Origin: Bilabrum cf. latius
Taxonomy: Eukaryota
Length of the DNA stretch: 64,000 bases
Reading direction: 5' to 3'
NCBI GenBank assembly: GCA_965178125.1
Contig: OZ237745.1
Span: forward strand, 620,001-684,000
Shown: piece after piece, positions 24,722 to 36,461 of the stretch
How the letters are laid out: every line of letters begins with the position of its first letter
Numbering within the stretch: position 1 is the first letter of the stretch
The notes under the pieces: model-generated
Told to the model about the DNA's origin: nothing
Databases searched by the model: none
What the model saw: the letters and a program-made list of their open reading frames with translations, nothing else
Position numbers and translations under genes: made by a program

Positions 24722-26752
24722 TTACGCACCTTCAAAAGAAGTCACCGTGGACAACATCGGCTCTGCAGTCTCCACAGGTGACACTTTGGCGAGCACAGCC
24801 TGCAACAGGCCGTTGCGAGAGTGCACAAGCTCTGGCGTAGAGCTGTTGGTGATCATGTCGATCGTGTGCCCAGAGCCCACCCCAGGCACCTCGAAAGACA
24901 CGCGGCCCATACCAGGCGCCGACACGACTGCCGACCCGCCACCTTGCCCATCCGGCCCGACAGCGATGGAGGTGTTCTGGTTGCCGTCGAAGGCCAGCAG
25001 GGGGATGCTCACCCCGAACCCGACGATGGGAGACCCGTCCAGGGCACCGGCTGCCTGAGGCTTAACGACGGAGTGGTCGATCTTGACGCGCCCATCGGTG
25101 ATCGTGACGGTCTGCTTGGCCGCCACGCCGTCGTCCAGCAGCACGTACGTCACGTCATACTGCACGAAGCTCGCGTTGTTGACGTTGCCGGGCAGCATGG
25201 TCACGGCGTACACGTCGGTGGCGAGCTTGTCGCCGAGGCACTCGAACCCGGCCAAGGGGCCCTCGGTCCTGCGCGGCGCATCTGCCGACGTCTCTGACGA
25301 GTTGAGCTGCCAGCAGGGGCCAACGGCCAGCCCACCATACTCCTGCTCCGACCCCGCGGTGGGCCCAAGCAGTCCGCTCCCCGCCGGCCCGCTGGCCATC
25401 CTCTTTGAGTGCATCCTGGTGACGCCCGTCGAGTCGTAGTGCGGGTCTGCGCCGGTCTCATGCTCGACGTACGTGCCTGCAGCGTTCGCGAACACCTTGT
25501 GGAACCGCGGCAGGTAGAACACGTATCCCCCGACATCTGCCGGCGCCGCGCACTCAGGGATGCTGTCGTCCGCAAAGAGGAATGCCGTGCTGACCATGGA
25601 GGCAGGCAGCAGGTTGTACTGGGCCTAGTACGAGTAGCTCTGGTAGCCCCACCTGAGGGCAGGATCGAACCGGTTCTTCACGATCTCCATCTCCCCGGCG
25701 GGCATGACCCACCTCCGGAGGCTCTCAAGGGACAGCTAGGAGCCGCGCTTGAACATGCAGGCCAGCTCTGGGTGAGGCTTACCGTCGGGGCTGCCGGAGC
25801 CATCCTGCAGCCGAGTGGCCCACATCTCGTACAAGGCCACCGACACCGCTTCGTTCCACTGGTGCTGGGAGGAGCGCCCCCCTGTGGGAACCTCTCCCAG
25901 CGGAGACTGCATCAGGAGCGACATCCATGCGCCCCTCCTGCTGAGCTCGGAGAGGTATGCGGCGTGGGACTCGTTGTAGCCGCGGGCAATCATGACGCTG
26001 TAGTACTTCCGGGGGAACACGTCGTATGGCATGGGGTTGAGTCCGCCGGTGCCGGTGTGGTCCTCGTACATGCCATCTGGGGTAAAGCTCCCTTCGCTGA
26101 TCTGCTTGTCGAGCTCGGAGCGCCACCAGGATCCGTTCGAGCTGAGGCCGGCTTGCTCCCTCAGGTATTCGCCCGTAAGTGCGACGATGCCCCAATTGTT
26201 GGACTGGTACCCGTGATACGCTTCGAACGGCTGAATCTCGCGAAGAAGCGATTCCCACAAGTTCATCGTGGTTTGATTGACGACAGGGCGCAACGCCTCG
26301 AGTCCAAGCATTAAAGGCATAACATAAAAATTGCAATGACCTTGGGCACATCGAATCTGTGCAAGTGCTGAGACTGCGGCAGTGTACGCTCGAATTGAGC
26401 TGTCTAAGAGACCTGTACCGTCTGCACAAGCCGAGTGCTTGGCCTTGCACAGGGTAGCGCTAGCGAAAGCGTAGCACGGTGTTGAATACTGGATCTCTTC
26501 GTGAGCGTACCGGTCAATGATGGTACCGTTCTCTGCCTAGTATTGCCGAAAGTAATCGACGATTCCAGCGATCCAGTCCAGAGCATCCGATTTGGTCAAG
26601 TTTGTGCGGCGGAATGCATCCGGTGTTGCTGCTGCTAGCTACTGAGCTTGAGCTACAGTGCTCTCATGCGGCCACGCCGGAATAGACTGCCCCACAGCAG
26701 ATCCAGCGCACAAAGCAGTAAACACCACTAGAACTTGAAGAGGCGCCATCAT
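24722..26752 (-). CDS. Secreted protein of unknown function, 676 aa (4 in-frame TAG); possible helical-toroid plus beta-domain carbohydrate-active-like enzyme
   Basis: ATG 26752 (MMAPLQVLVVFTALCAGSAVG signal peptide) in one frame to TAA 24722; TAG at 26639, 26537, 25736, 25625. Conserved-looking blocks: YFRQY*AENGTIIDRYAHEEIQYSTPCYAFA, NNWGIVALTGE, GRSSQHQWNEA, IVKNRFDP..RWGYQSYSY*AQYNLLPASM. Confidence 0.85.
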
Positions 26753-27131
26753 TCGATTTACACTCAGCTAAGCAGGTACACTTCGACGGCCCTAAAGCTG
26801 ATTCAGCGCAAATTGCACCGGCAGTGAACACTTCTTCGACTGTCCTGGAGCTGATCCAGCGCAAATTGCAGTGAGCGGCACGGAGCACGGTAACGAAGTA
26901 CACGGTACTGGTCATCTTCAATGAATCGGATTTCTTCTTCTTTTTTGCTAGATATGCACTGAATTTGTCGCATTCTTAGAAAGATACTACAATCGTGAAG
27001 TCATTTAGGGGTGTGACACATACTGAAAGCGCAGCCCGAGGGCCAGTGACGCTCTCAACCCCGACACATACCTGTCTGGTCTTGGCTGGGCGAGTGCCCC
27101 TTGCAGTCAGACCCACACAAGGTGAATTTTA

Positions 27132-30100
27132 TCATACCTCCTCTGCATTACTCATGCCAGCTGATACGCTGCCCGCATTGCTCGTCCTGGATGCAGCCGC
27201 ACCACCCTTCTTGGCAGCTGCCGCTGGGCTCTGCGTGGAGCGGGCGCAAGAGATCCTGTAGACCAGGAAGGCGACCACAGCGAGCACCACCAACCCGCCG
27301 AGCACGCCGACGGCGATGATGCCCGGCGACACGCCATCGTTATCCTCGTCACCGTCCACATCACCTCCACCATCGCTCGGCTGCGCCTCCGCTATGCGCA
27401 CTTCCGTGTCGACCTGCTCCGCCTCGATCTGCACCGAGGAGACGTCTACCTGCAGACGAGATGCCACCGCGGGAACCTACGCGATGAGGTCGTCCAGCAG
27501 CCCGTTGCCCCCACTGGCGGGAGTGCCGGACACGTAGCCGGTCACGGCCGTGCGAGTCTCCTCCGCCGATGCGGTGACAGGGAAGCGGACGGAGGAGTCC
27601 ACCTCGATCCCCGACCCACTGCCGGACTGGAGCACGCGAGCCCCCGTCGCGGCCTGATCCTCCACGCGGGTGATGGTCACCTCCGATGCCCCTGTCGCTG
27701 CCGCTATACTGGCCTTGTATGGCTCGGCCAGGCTCTCGAGGAACTGCTTCTTGTTGACACCCTGCAGCTTCACGCCCGCCATCTCGACGTACACGCCGAT
27801 CTGCCGCACCGGCGCGGTACACGTGTTCGTGCCTGCCGAGCACACGAGTTCGCCATCGCAATTCTCACTGGTCTCGCACGCCAGCCCCTGCGCGCAAAGC
27901 CCGCAGCCGATTTCAAGGTCCTCGATGCCGCAGTCGATGTCCGTCTCGAAGCCGTTGACAATACCGTCGCTGCAGGTGGGCTCGGCGTCCTGCTCGAGCT
28001 CCTCGGAGCACACGCCCTGGTCGTCCTCGAGCCAGCCAGCGTCGCACGAACAGGTAAATACCGCGGGGTCGGACGAGTCGGCTTGGCACACGCCGTTGCC
28101 GCACGGCTCGTCAGCACACGGACCTTCAACCCGGACCTGCCCGCAAAAGTCGCCAAAGAATCTGGACTCTGAGCATGAGCAGACCACGCTCCCGGCATCG
28201 CTGACTGCACACTGGGCCCCGTTTTTGCACGGATTGGGGCTGCAGGGATCCGCTGGTGCTGCTGTCGGGGACGGAGTGGGCGTGGCCTGGGATCCAGCTG
28301 GCGAAGGCGAGGGGCTCGCAGCAGCTGGCGAGCTGGAGCTGGCCGATAGGCTTGGGCTCGCGGAGGGGCTGCTACTCATGGATGGTGAAGACGACGGGCT
28401 CGGGTTCAAGCTTGTGCTAGGACTTGGGCTGGTACTAGGAGTCGGAGAAGTCGACGGGCTCGGGCTCGGGGATGCGGCTCCCACCATCTTGGCAAAAGGC
28501 GCCTACCCCGGGTCGGTCATCGAGTAGACCAGCTCGACGCACTCCTCCTGGGCCAGTTTTTCGTCACCGACGATTAGGTCACCGTTGTCCAGCCGATGCT
28601 GGGACACGTTCAGCTGCAACGTTGCTGGATTCAGCTTTGAATCCAGTCCAATGCACGAATAGAGACTGATGTTGTAGTCGGTTCGGCCGAGGTCAGCTGC
28701 GACCAGTGCGACAAGGCCAGATGCTCCAGGCACCATCACCGTCTCGAGCACGTCGAACGACAGGTAATTCGAGCTCGTGTCCAAGTTGATCGAGTCCCTC
28801 TGGATCTGCGCTTCCTGCCTTCCCAGCGAGCTCTCGACATACTGCAGGCCGTTGGTGTCGCCCTCCAGGTCGATCGTGTTGGATCGGACCAGCTCTGGCG
28901 AGATACAGTCAGCCACGGGTTCCTAGGTGATCGTCATAGTGTCATTCAAGGTATAGGAGTCGTCACCCGCCTGCGCTTCGCACATATCTCGTACCTATAT
29001 CCGAGACGTGGACGAGTCGTCCTAGACCAAACCGACATGGAACGATGCAGATGATGTGCTGCTATCAGCTGAAACAACGAGGCACATGTAATGCTCCGGA
29101 TCCCCGAACGAGTGCACCACGAGCATCATGTCACTAGTCGCCTCGTACACCGCTGAGTCAACCACGACCAAGTCCAAGGGGGCGGCATAGCTTTGTACGA
29201 TGTGGATCGTGTCGTTGAAGAAACAAGCAGACTCAATGGCACTGGTATCATCGGAGACGCCCTCGTACTGCAAGCTGGCAGCATCCAACGCTGGGGCTGC
29301 CTGCAGTCCAACCATCCAGTCGCTCTTGCTGTTGCCCCTGCACTCGGCATCTTGCGAGCTCGTCAGATTGTACGTCTTGAGCGGGACTGCATCAGAGTCT
29401 TCAAACACGTTCGTGCATGCATAGTTGGCCTGCATGCCGTTTGAGCGATGCGGCCCAACGCCATCGATGTCGTACAGCTCTAGTGTGGTCTTTCCATTCG
29501 TCATGTCGAAGACCCCTTTGGCGCACACCCAGGATTCCTAGCCCAGGGACCCATCGCCAACATCCGTTACATAAAGAATCATCAGCTCCGCAAGAAGGAA
29601 ACCTGATAATCTCTCTGTGGCGGCGACAATGGCCATCGCTTGGCCCTCGGCTGCATTCGCCGTCGAACCGATCCTCACGGTGTCTGCCACCCCGCAGAAA
29701 GTGGTCTCGCCGCTTGCAGGTGCGCTTTCTCCCGCCAAAAAGTTGCCAGATGTGTATGCAACATCTGACAGGAAATCAAACGAGCTAACAAACTCCACGC
29801 GGGGGCAGGTTGCTTCGCCATCCGCCATGCGGACGTAATCTGACATTCCCTACAGTGGATCGTCTGATTCCGCAGCAGCATGACAATCGTCGAAGGCATT
29901 CTCCGGCCTAATGTTCGAAAACGAACCGTCTTGGCGGAATTTCTAGATGGACCCGTCCGTACTCAATTCAAATACGAAGCAAAAGTATAGCTTGAATTGC
30001 TGCACATCAATGCTGCTGACGGCGATCACGGTCGTGCTATTAGTACCAAGATCGACCACTGCAGAGTGCTCGATGATATATGGCAGCGACACACCATTCG

Positions 30101-33100
30101 CAAGCAGGGGAACCATTTCCCCACTCGTCATATTAGCACACATGCCAGCCACAGCGTACTCGGGATCGCCGAAAACATCGTACACGCCACCAGCTGCCGC
30201 GAGCTCTGGCACCACGCCCTCCTCCCACGCAGTGTTCTCGTACGGGTCGCAAGATTCTCCCATGGCTGCGTATGCATCCAAGGCAGCGAACTGGTCTGCA
30301 CCAGCGCTAGTCCACTCGGCGGTGCACGAGTCGATGCCATGAGACACCGAAAACTTGTATGCGGAGCCCACCTGGGCGAAAGACGTCATGTTGCCGTTTG
30401 CGTCAAAACCGATCGCCAAGCAAGGGTAGTACGGGCCACTAAAGTAGTGGTACGCAACCGCAAATACGACGCTTCCGTTCTGTCCAAGGTCCACCGTCGT
30501 TGACTTCTGCACCACGTAGAGCTTCTCATCCGTGCCGTCATACGTCTTGACGTGGGCATCCCTTGCAAGCACGCAGAGCCCAGGATCGGCAGAGTCCGAA
30601 GGATCGTAAATACCGTTAGCTGCCTTGAGCAACGGGACCATACCGTTCTCCCACACGAGCGGAAATGCTTCGTCACAGGACTTGCCCTCTCCGTCCTCGA
30701 GCTCCATGACAAGGTTGGCGCTGGTACGAAGCAAGGCGCCAGCCGGGGTGCAGCCCTCGATCGCGAGGGTGATGTTGGTGTAAGTCTCCCGCAGTCCAGC
30801 ATTGTAGATGCTATACTCGCCATCGTCGTTTTTCACAATCGACCAGCACTGGAACTTGTCGGAAGCAGAGTCTGAATCTGTGGTGTTGGCGATCGCGAGG
30901 GAGATGCTAACGTCAACTGTCTGGGCGGTCCACAAGAACGGGGTTGACCTCAGCCGTTTGCCAAATTCGATGGAATCAAGCTGTCCGTTCTCGAAGCATG
31001 CGTCTTCTGCGCTACCAGCGGAAAACGCCCCGGTGAAGCCATCGTCCAAGTGGTTGGTCGTCATGGATGCGTTCAAGTTCTCGTTCGGACCACAACCACC
31101 AGAGTTGAAAACCGCAGAGACTCCGGCGCTGCTGTCCAGGTCGAAAGTCATGAGCTCATCGTCGCATGCAGCCTATGATGAGGCGATCGTGTAGCCCAGC
31201 GTGGAAGACAAGAAGTAGAAAGTGAGCACATCCTGGCCCGTTTCACTCTGATGCAATGTAGTGGGCGAGCAGAAGTAGAACGCCGTGCTCCCAGAGTACG
31301 ACCCATAGATAAATGCAAAACGGCCAGTGGAGCCCAGCTGCCTTGATGCCACCACCGTACGCTCGATCGGCTTGGCAGGAAAGTCTCTCGCAATCATTCC
31401 ATCTGACAAGCAGATTTGGTCCGATCCCCTGAACGGAATCTCCCAGTCGTACAGACCCCAGTACGGCGCGACCACGTCATCGTTGCTTTGCCAGGTAGCG
31501 GTTGTTGGACCCACATAGCAGCTGTTCGTCGCGCTTGCCGTGTACGTGCCAACAGGCTACAGAAACACCTGGTCACCTGAGCTTGCGACAGCCGCGCAGA
31601 CCTTCTACATGTCACCTTGCGGGTCTTGCACCGGACGAATCGGCATTACATTATACATGGTACCGGTTGTATTGCTGCCGTCCAGAACCGTGCACATCCA
31701 GCCGTACCTCGCATGTTGGTACGAAATGAGTGACATGTTTGAGTTGGGCAGCATGGCACTAGTCACATTCATTACATCCTCGGCGCCATTGGAATCGCGC
31801 AGCTGAGCCCGACTGCCCTCGAAACACGTCCTGCCTTCAGTGTCTACGAACAGCTCGCCCTCGAAATCTACGCCACGGATCATTGCCCCGCTGTTCCACT
31901 GCACGCCGGTGGTGTCGGGGCACGTCGTGTCATCTGCGAGAGCAAACTCCACCTTGGCCTCTGCAACGGACTGGTCTGCAGGTTGGTTGGCAAGCATGAA
32001 GTCACACGTTGCGATGTGCTCGGGTAGCATATGATCTGCCGCAGAGCCGCTGATGGGATACACTGAGATATCCATTGAGGTTGAGGCAAAGTTGTCCGAC
32101 TCCACGACAACGCAAGCGAGTGCCTCTGAGCCAAGAGATCCGTCACCAGCGTTGTTGACCTTTAGCAGCACACCCATAGGCGGAAAGGAGCTGATAACAG
32201 CGACAATGCTGCCGGTGGCCTGGTTGCCTGCCGCCCCGAATGAGTACACGCTCTTATGTAGAGTGCACCAGTGAAGCGGAGCAGTCGAGTTGGAAGTCGC
32301 AGCACCGGTTCCAAGGAATGGGTTGGACGCTAGAGAGTACTGGGTAGATCTGGTTGTGTTAGGACAGGCCTCTTCCTAAGGGTCGAAGCGCACAAGCTGC
32401 ATTTCGAGAGTCGCAGTGATCGAAGAAGAGCCACTTGCGTGAGACTCGCACTTCGAGATGGCCAGTGACTCCGCAGAGTCGCGCTAGAACTTGTACCACT
32501 TGGCAGTGTCGTCGCCGCCGTCTGTTCCAGGGATTTCCTCGATGTAGTTACACAAGTAGTACGTTAAGGTCGTGCCCCAGAACGAAAACTCTTCCGTCGT
32601 GATGAGGTACGTGACCGGCTCTGAGCTATTGGCGATTGAGCCGCTGAGCAGAACGCTCACTGACTCCGAGCTCATGAGCTCGTGAGTGATGAGCTGGTCT
32701 TCAGCGGCACACAGCACCAGACCATCCTCGCTGTCCTTCGGCTTGTAGGCTTCCCTCATGTACTTGCGGCTGCCGGTTCCCGCGGACCACTCGATCGGGA
32801 AGGGCGCATCGCAAGAGCCAGAGCTCGACGGGCTCATGCTCAAGAAGACCTACTCAGTCGAGCCGCCGCCCATGTACGCCATCGAGGAGCAGTCGGATAT
32901 CGCATCTGCGGTGTTGTTGTACGACTCTTCGACCTGCACAACGTCAATGTGACCGCCATCAGCTTGGCGGAATGCTACACATGCGAATTCGCTGGCCTCC
33001 TCTGGAGTGTCCTTGGGAAGCTCGATGACTGCCATTGAAACTAGCGGCTCATACTGGTCCTTGCCGTACGGAAACGAGGTGTTTCTGAAGTCAATATTCA

Positions 33101-35873
33101 ACCTGCCGACGAAGGATATGCCAGTCTCTTCGATGCAGGCGGCAGTGAAGCCGGCCTTGCTCGACTTGCTGGTAACCTCGTAGAATCCGCGTATTGACTG
33201 GGGGGAAGTGGCCCCGAAGATCGAGCTGCCGGTCATAACAGGCCCGCAATCATTATCGGCCAAGCTGATCTCTCCAAACGGGGCAAGTCCCCACTCTGCT
33301 TTTTGGTACAGCTCGGAGCACGCTGCCTTGGCATCGGCGAGTGAAGAGTGCAGCGAGCTGTCGTACGCGTCTGTCCACACGTTGGCCTTGTCCTGCGGGC
33401 CACTCGTTCGCTCTACTACCACGCAGGCGTACCTAGAAGCCATGCTGTACCCATCTGAGGCTCTCTCATTCTTTCGCATGGCAATCAGCTCCCACTCTGG
33501 CGATATGCCATCCGTCGGGTCGCTGCTATAGTGTGACTCGGCTCGGAAGCCCTGCAAGTCGTTGCCTGCGTCCAAGGAGTAAAAGCCGACGCCCATGCAC
33601 ATCTGGGCGGTGCCATTCGCCACAGTTGGACCCCCGGAAGTGAAATCAAACAGGCCCGGCCGCTTGCCCGACTAGAGTCGATCGGAGAATTCGTACACCG
33701 TTTTCCGCAAGCATGCGGAGTTGTCCCCCTGGTATGAATAGCTGCCAACCAGCGACAGCCTTCCAGACTCGGGCCCCTCCCGCGCAGCGAGCTCGCAGAT
33801 ATCGCGCGCCTCGTCCTTGCCGATGGTGCCGTCCATGTGGTACACCACCCCCTCCGTGGCGTCGCCAGGCTCGTCATGGAACATCACAATACACGTGAGC
33901 GAGTCATCATCCTCTGCGTCCTCTTGCACCATGAGCATGGTGACATCGAAGCTAGTCAGCTCTGCAGTACCCACTAGGGCCATTGCCTCTTCGTATACGC
34001 CATCGCCAGCGCGCAGCTGAACTGACAGGTTGTGCGTGCATACCGTGCCGTTGGTGCCGTCGTCGAACTGCATGTCGTGCAGGCCGCTGATTGGGGCATT
34101 CACAGGCAGCTGCGTCTCCCAAGCAGCAGACCCGCAAGCTTCATCATTCGCGGCGGGAGTCAGCTCGATGGAGTCGGCAGAGAGGATGCTCCCGTCGAGC
34201 ACCATGCCCTCGCAGATCTGCACGGCCTCGAAGGTGCCAGCCGCCGTCGTGGGGTTGGAGTGGTCGAAGCTGGCGCGATACAGCGCGTCCGTGGTCTGGA
34301 ACAGGCAGTGCCAGGTCAAGTTCTGCCATGCAGAATCCATTGCATCGGTGCTGTCCATCCGCTTGGCCAGAACTGCCGTGCCCTGCGTCGTGCCGTTGGC
34401 CGATGTGGCCACGAAGGCCTTCGCCTCCAGGTCCAGCCTCTCTCCCCCGGAATAGGTGATGAAAGCGAACAAGTCCACGTAGCACATCTTGCCCCCGTCG
34501 AACGTTTGCACGCCATTCGCGATGGAGCCGTAGTCGATCCATGACAGGGACCGGTCCTGGAAGCTCGCACAGTCCGACGCGCCGGAAGCCTCCACCAGGA
34601 CGCTGTCGGGCTCGGCAGGCAGTCCTTCGGCCCCAGTGAGCACGTCTTGACATTGCTCGTAGGCGATATCTATGCCTTGAGAGGGCCGCCTGATCGTGTA
34701 GACGCTGACCTTTCCCTCGCCGTCGCTCTAAAATGCAGTGCACCCGGCCGCCCACGTTCTGTGGAACGTCACGACGGCAAGCTGGCCGGAGCTAGCGCTC
34801 GCTGCGAACGCCTCCGACGACGAGACTTCGAGCGTAGATGTGTAGTACTCGTCACTGATGCAAGCCGCCAAGCCGCTTGCGCTTTCAACATTGAAGGGGC
34901 CGGTGAAATTTTGGAGCGCGCCGGCGCCTGCCAAAAACTGCACGCTACTGGGGTATTCGTAACCAGACACGCATGCATCGAAGCTGGCAAAGCTCGAGGG
35001 GGGTTCCAGCGTGAAGCCAGAGGTGAAGTCGGTCTGATCGACAGAGTCGTCCTGTAGACCAGCCAAGATTGCACCGCAAGCCGACTGGATACCTTCCGCC
35101 CCCGTGCCAGGGGCGGCGAAGAAGCGGCGTCCCTCCAACTCATCGTTCCTGGTGAGGGCCAGCGAGAGGCAGAAGTACTCCGTGCTGGGGCCAGTGCTGT
35201 TATCGTTAGTAGTTGTCGTGGCCATGGCCGCTCCAAACCAGGAATCGTACGCGAACTCGTCGCCGTCCCTATCGACCGCCTCCCGGTCGATGAACTCGAT
35301 GTGCGTTGTTGTCAAAGAGTTCAGGATCGCGATCCGGTCGTTCTGTACGCAGGCGTGCCCCCAGAAATCGCTAAATTTCACTCTATACGATCCGTCGAAA
35401 CCAGTTTGCGCGTTGTCAGCGGAGAAATCGATGCATGCCGAGGGCGACGGCGAGGTCCTCGAAATGATATTACCGAGGTAGGTTTGCTGCTGCCCCGGCC
35501 CGCACGCCGCGATTGTCGTGTCCAGACTAGCGGATCGTGCAGATGTTATCTCAGAGACGCCAAGTCCGCCCGGTGCCATGGAGAATGCAAGGCAAGTGTA
35601 GCCTTGGGAGGGCTTCTGGTTCTTCGCGAGGACGTAGGCCGCAGAATCTCCTTGTGCGGAAGCGATCAAGTCGAACTCAGCCATATCTGGGAGAAAGTCG
35701 TCGTAGTACTTGAATGATGTTGCATCGAGACACGCTTTACCTCCATGGCCGCCGGCTGACCAGCCGTAAAGGCCAAAATCAGCACCAAGGTCACCATGAT
35801 CAGGGGACCACCTCAATATGCTATCCGCGCGAGCACATACGGCGCAAAGTAGAAGTGCCGTGGCGATTATCAT
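27132..35873 (-). CDS. Giant type I membrane/cell-surface protein, copy 2 (complete; 2,913 aa, no introns needed, 16 in-frame TAG)
   Basis: 8,742 nt in one frame from ATG 35873 to TGA 27132. In-frame TAG at 34728, 33672, 32850, 32484, 32376, 31605, 31557, 31173, 29943, 29850, 29538, 29022, 28995, 28923, 28503 and 27477; no internal TAA/TGA. Signal peptide, Cys-containing modules, Ser/Pro linker, two EGF-like domains (DPCSPNPCKNGAQC..CSC..FFGDFC), PTCSDGIVNGFETDIDCG motif, TM helix IIAVGVLGGLVVLAVVAFLVY, short tail. Confidence 0.92.
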
Positions 35874-36400
35874 CAGGTTTATCGTTCTGCAGAGGGTGGG
35901 AGTCTAAGGTGATTTCAATGGTGCATCAGGGTCGCACGTGGCGTTTGATTGGCAGCAGAGCGGTCTTTCCCCGAATGCTACACGGCGCTATGCATCACCC
36001 AATCGCAAAATATAGACGCAAGTGTCTTTTTGTGCATAATTTAAGGCTCTCACTCGACTGAAACCGGTTGGTATTGTACACAATGTGAGAAATATATGCT
36101 CGATAAACAACGCCTCTGCGGCCACGACTTCGAATGTATTGTTCAGTGAGATTTTGTGGTTCCGTTATTAGGTTTACTCGCGCGGCGCCGAATCGGTTTC
36201 GGTGCAGATCTAGGTGTACGCAAGATTAAGCACGCCCGGTGCTAGAAATTAGAGGCTGGGCCTGACACTGCCGTATAATTTGCTCGTTCCGTGCTGTGCC
36301 GGGGCAGCACCGCGCAAAAAATGCTGTCTATGCGCTGTTTGGGCGTGCGACTGGCCCAACACAGCTGCACTGCACTCCGGTTCCGCTAGTCGCCGTCACC

Positions 36401-36461
36401 TCATCCATCCCACTGCAGTCCTCCATCCCACTGGAGTCATCCATCCCACTGCAATCCCACT
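36401..36461. repeat. 18-bp tandem repeat (copy 2)
   Basis: Same as 8828-8888. Confidence 0.85.

Larger units (their letters stand above)
1..27573. repeat. Tandem segmental repeat unit, copy 1 (27,573 bp; boundary set arbitrarily at window start)
   Basis: Every ORF recurs at an offset of +27,573 (e.g. 97/27670/55243). GTGACAGGGAAGCGG at position 1 recurs at 27574 and 55147. No indels seen; 17 substitutions found versus copy 2. Confidence 0.98.

Noticed and set aside
27477-34730. Programmed readthrough or pyrrolysine insertion at TAG
   Set aside because: There is no shared downstream context (G, A, C and T all follow TAG; no consistent CARYYA), 16 sequential leaky events would give almost no product, and no pyl genes are present in this eukaryotic window.
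10406-35873. Pseudogene cluster (genes broken by nonsense mutations)
   Set aside because: All 40 interruptions are TAG, with no TAA/TGA or frameshifts; catalytic motifs are intact and the TAGs are the same in every copy. Random decay would not give this pattern.
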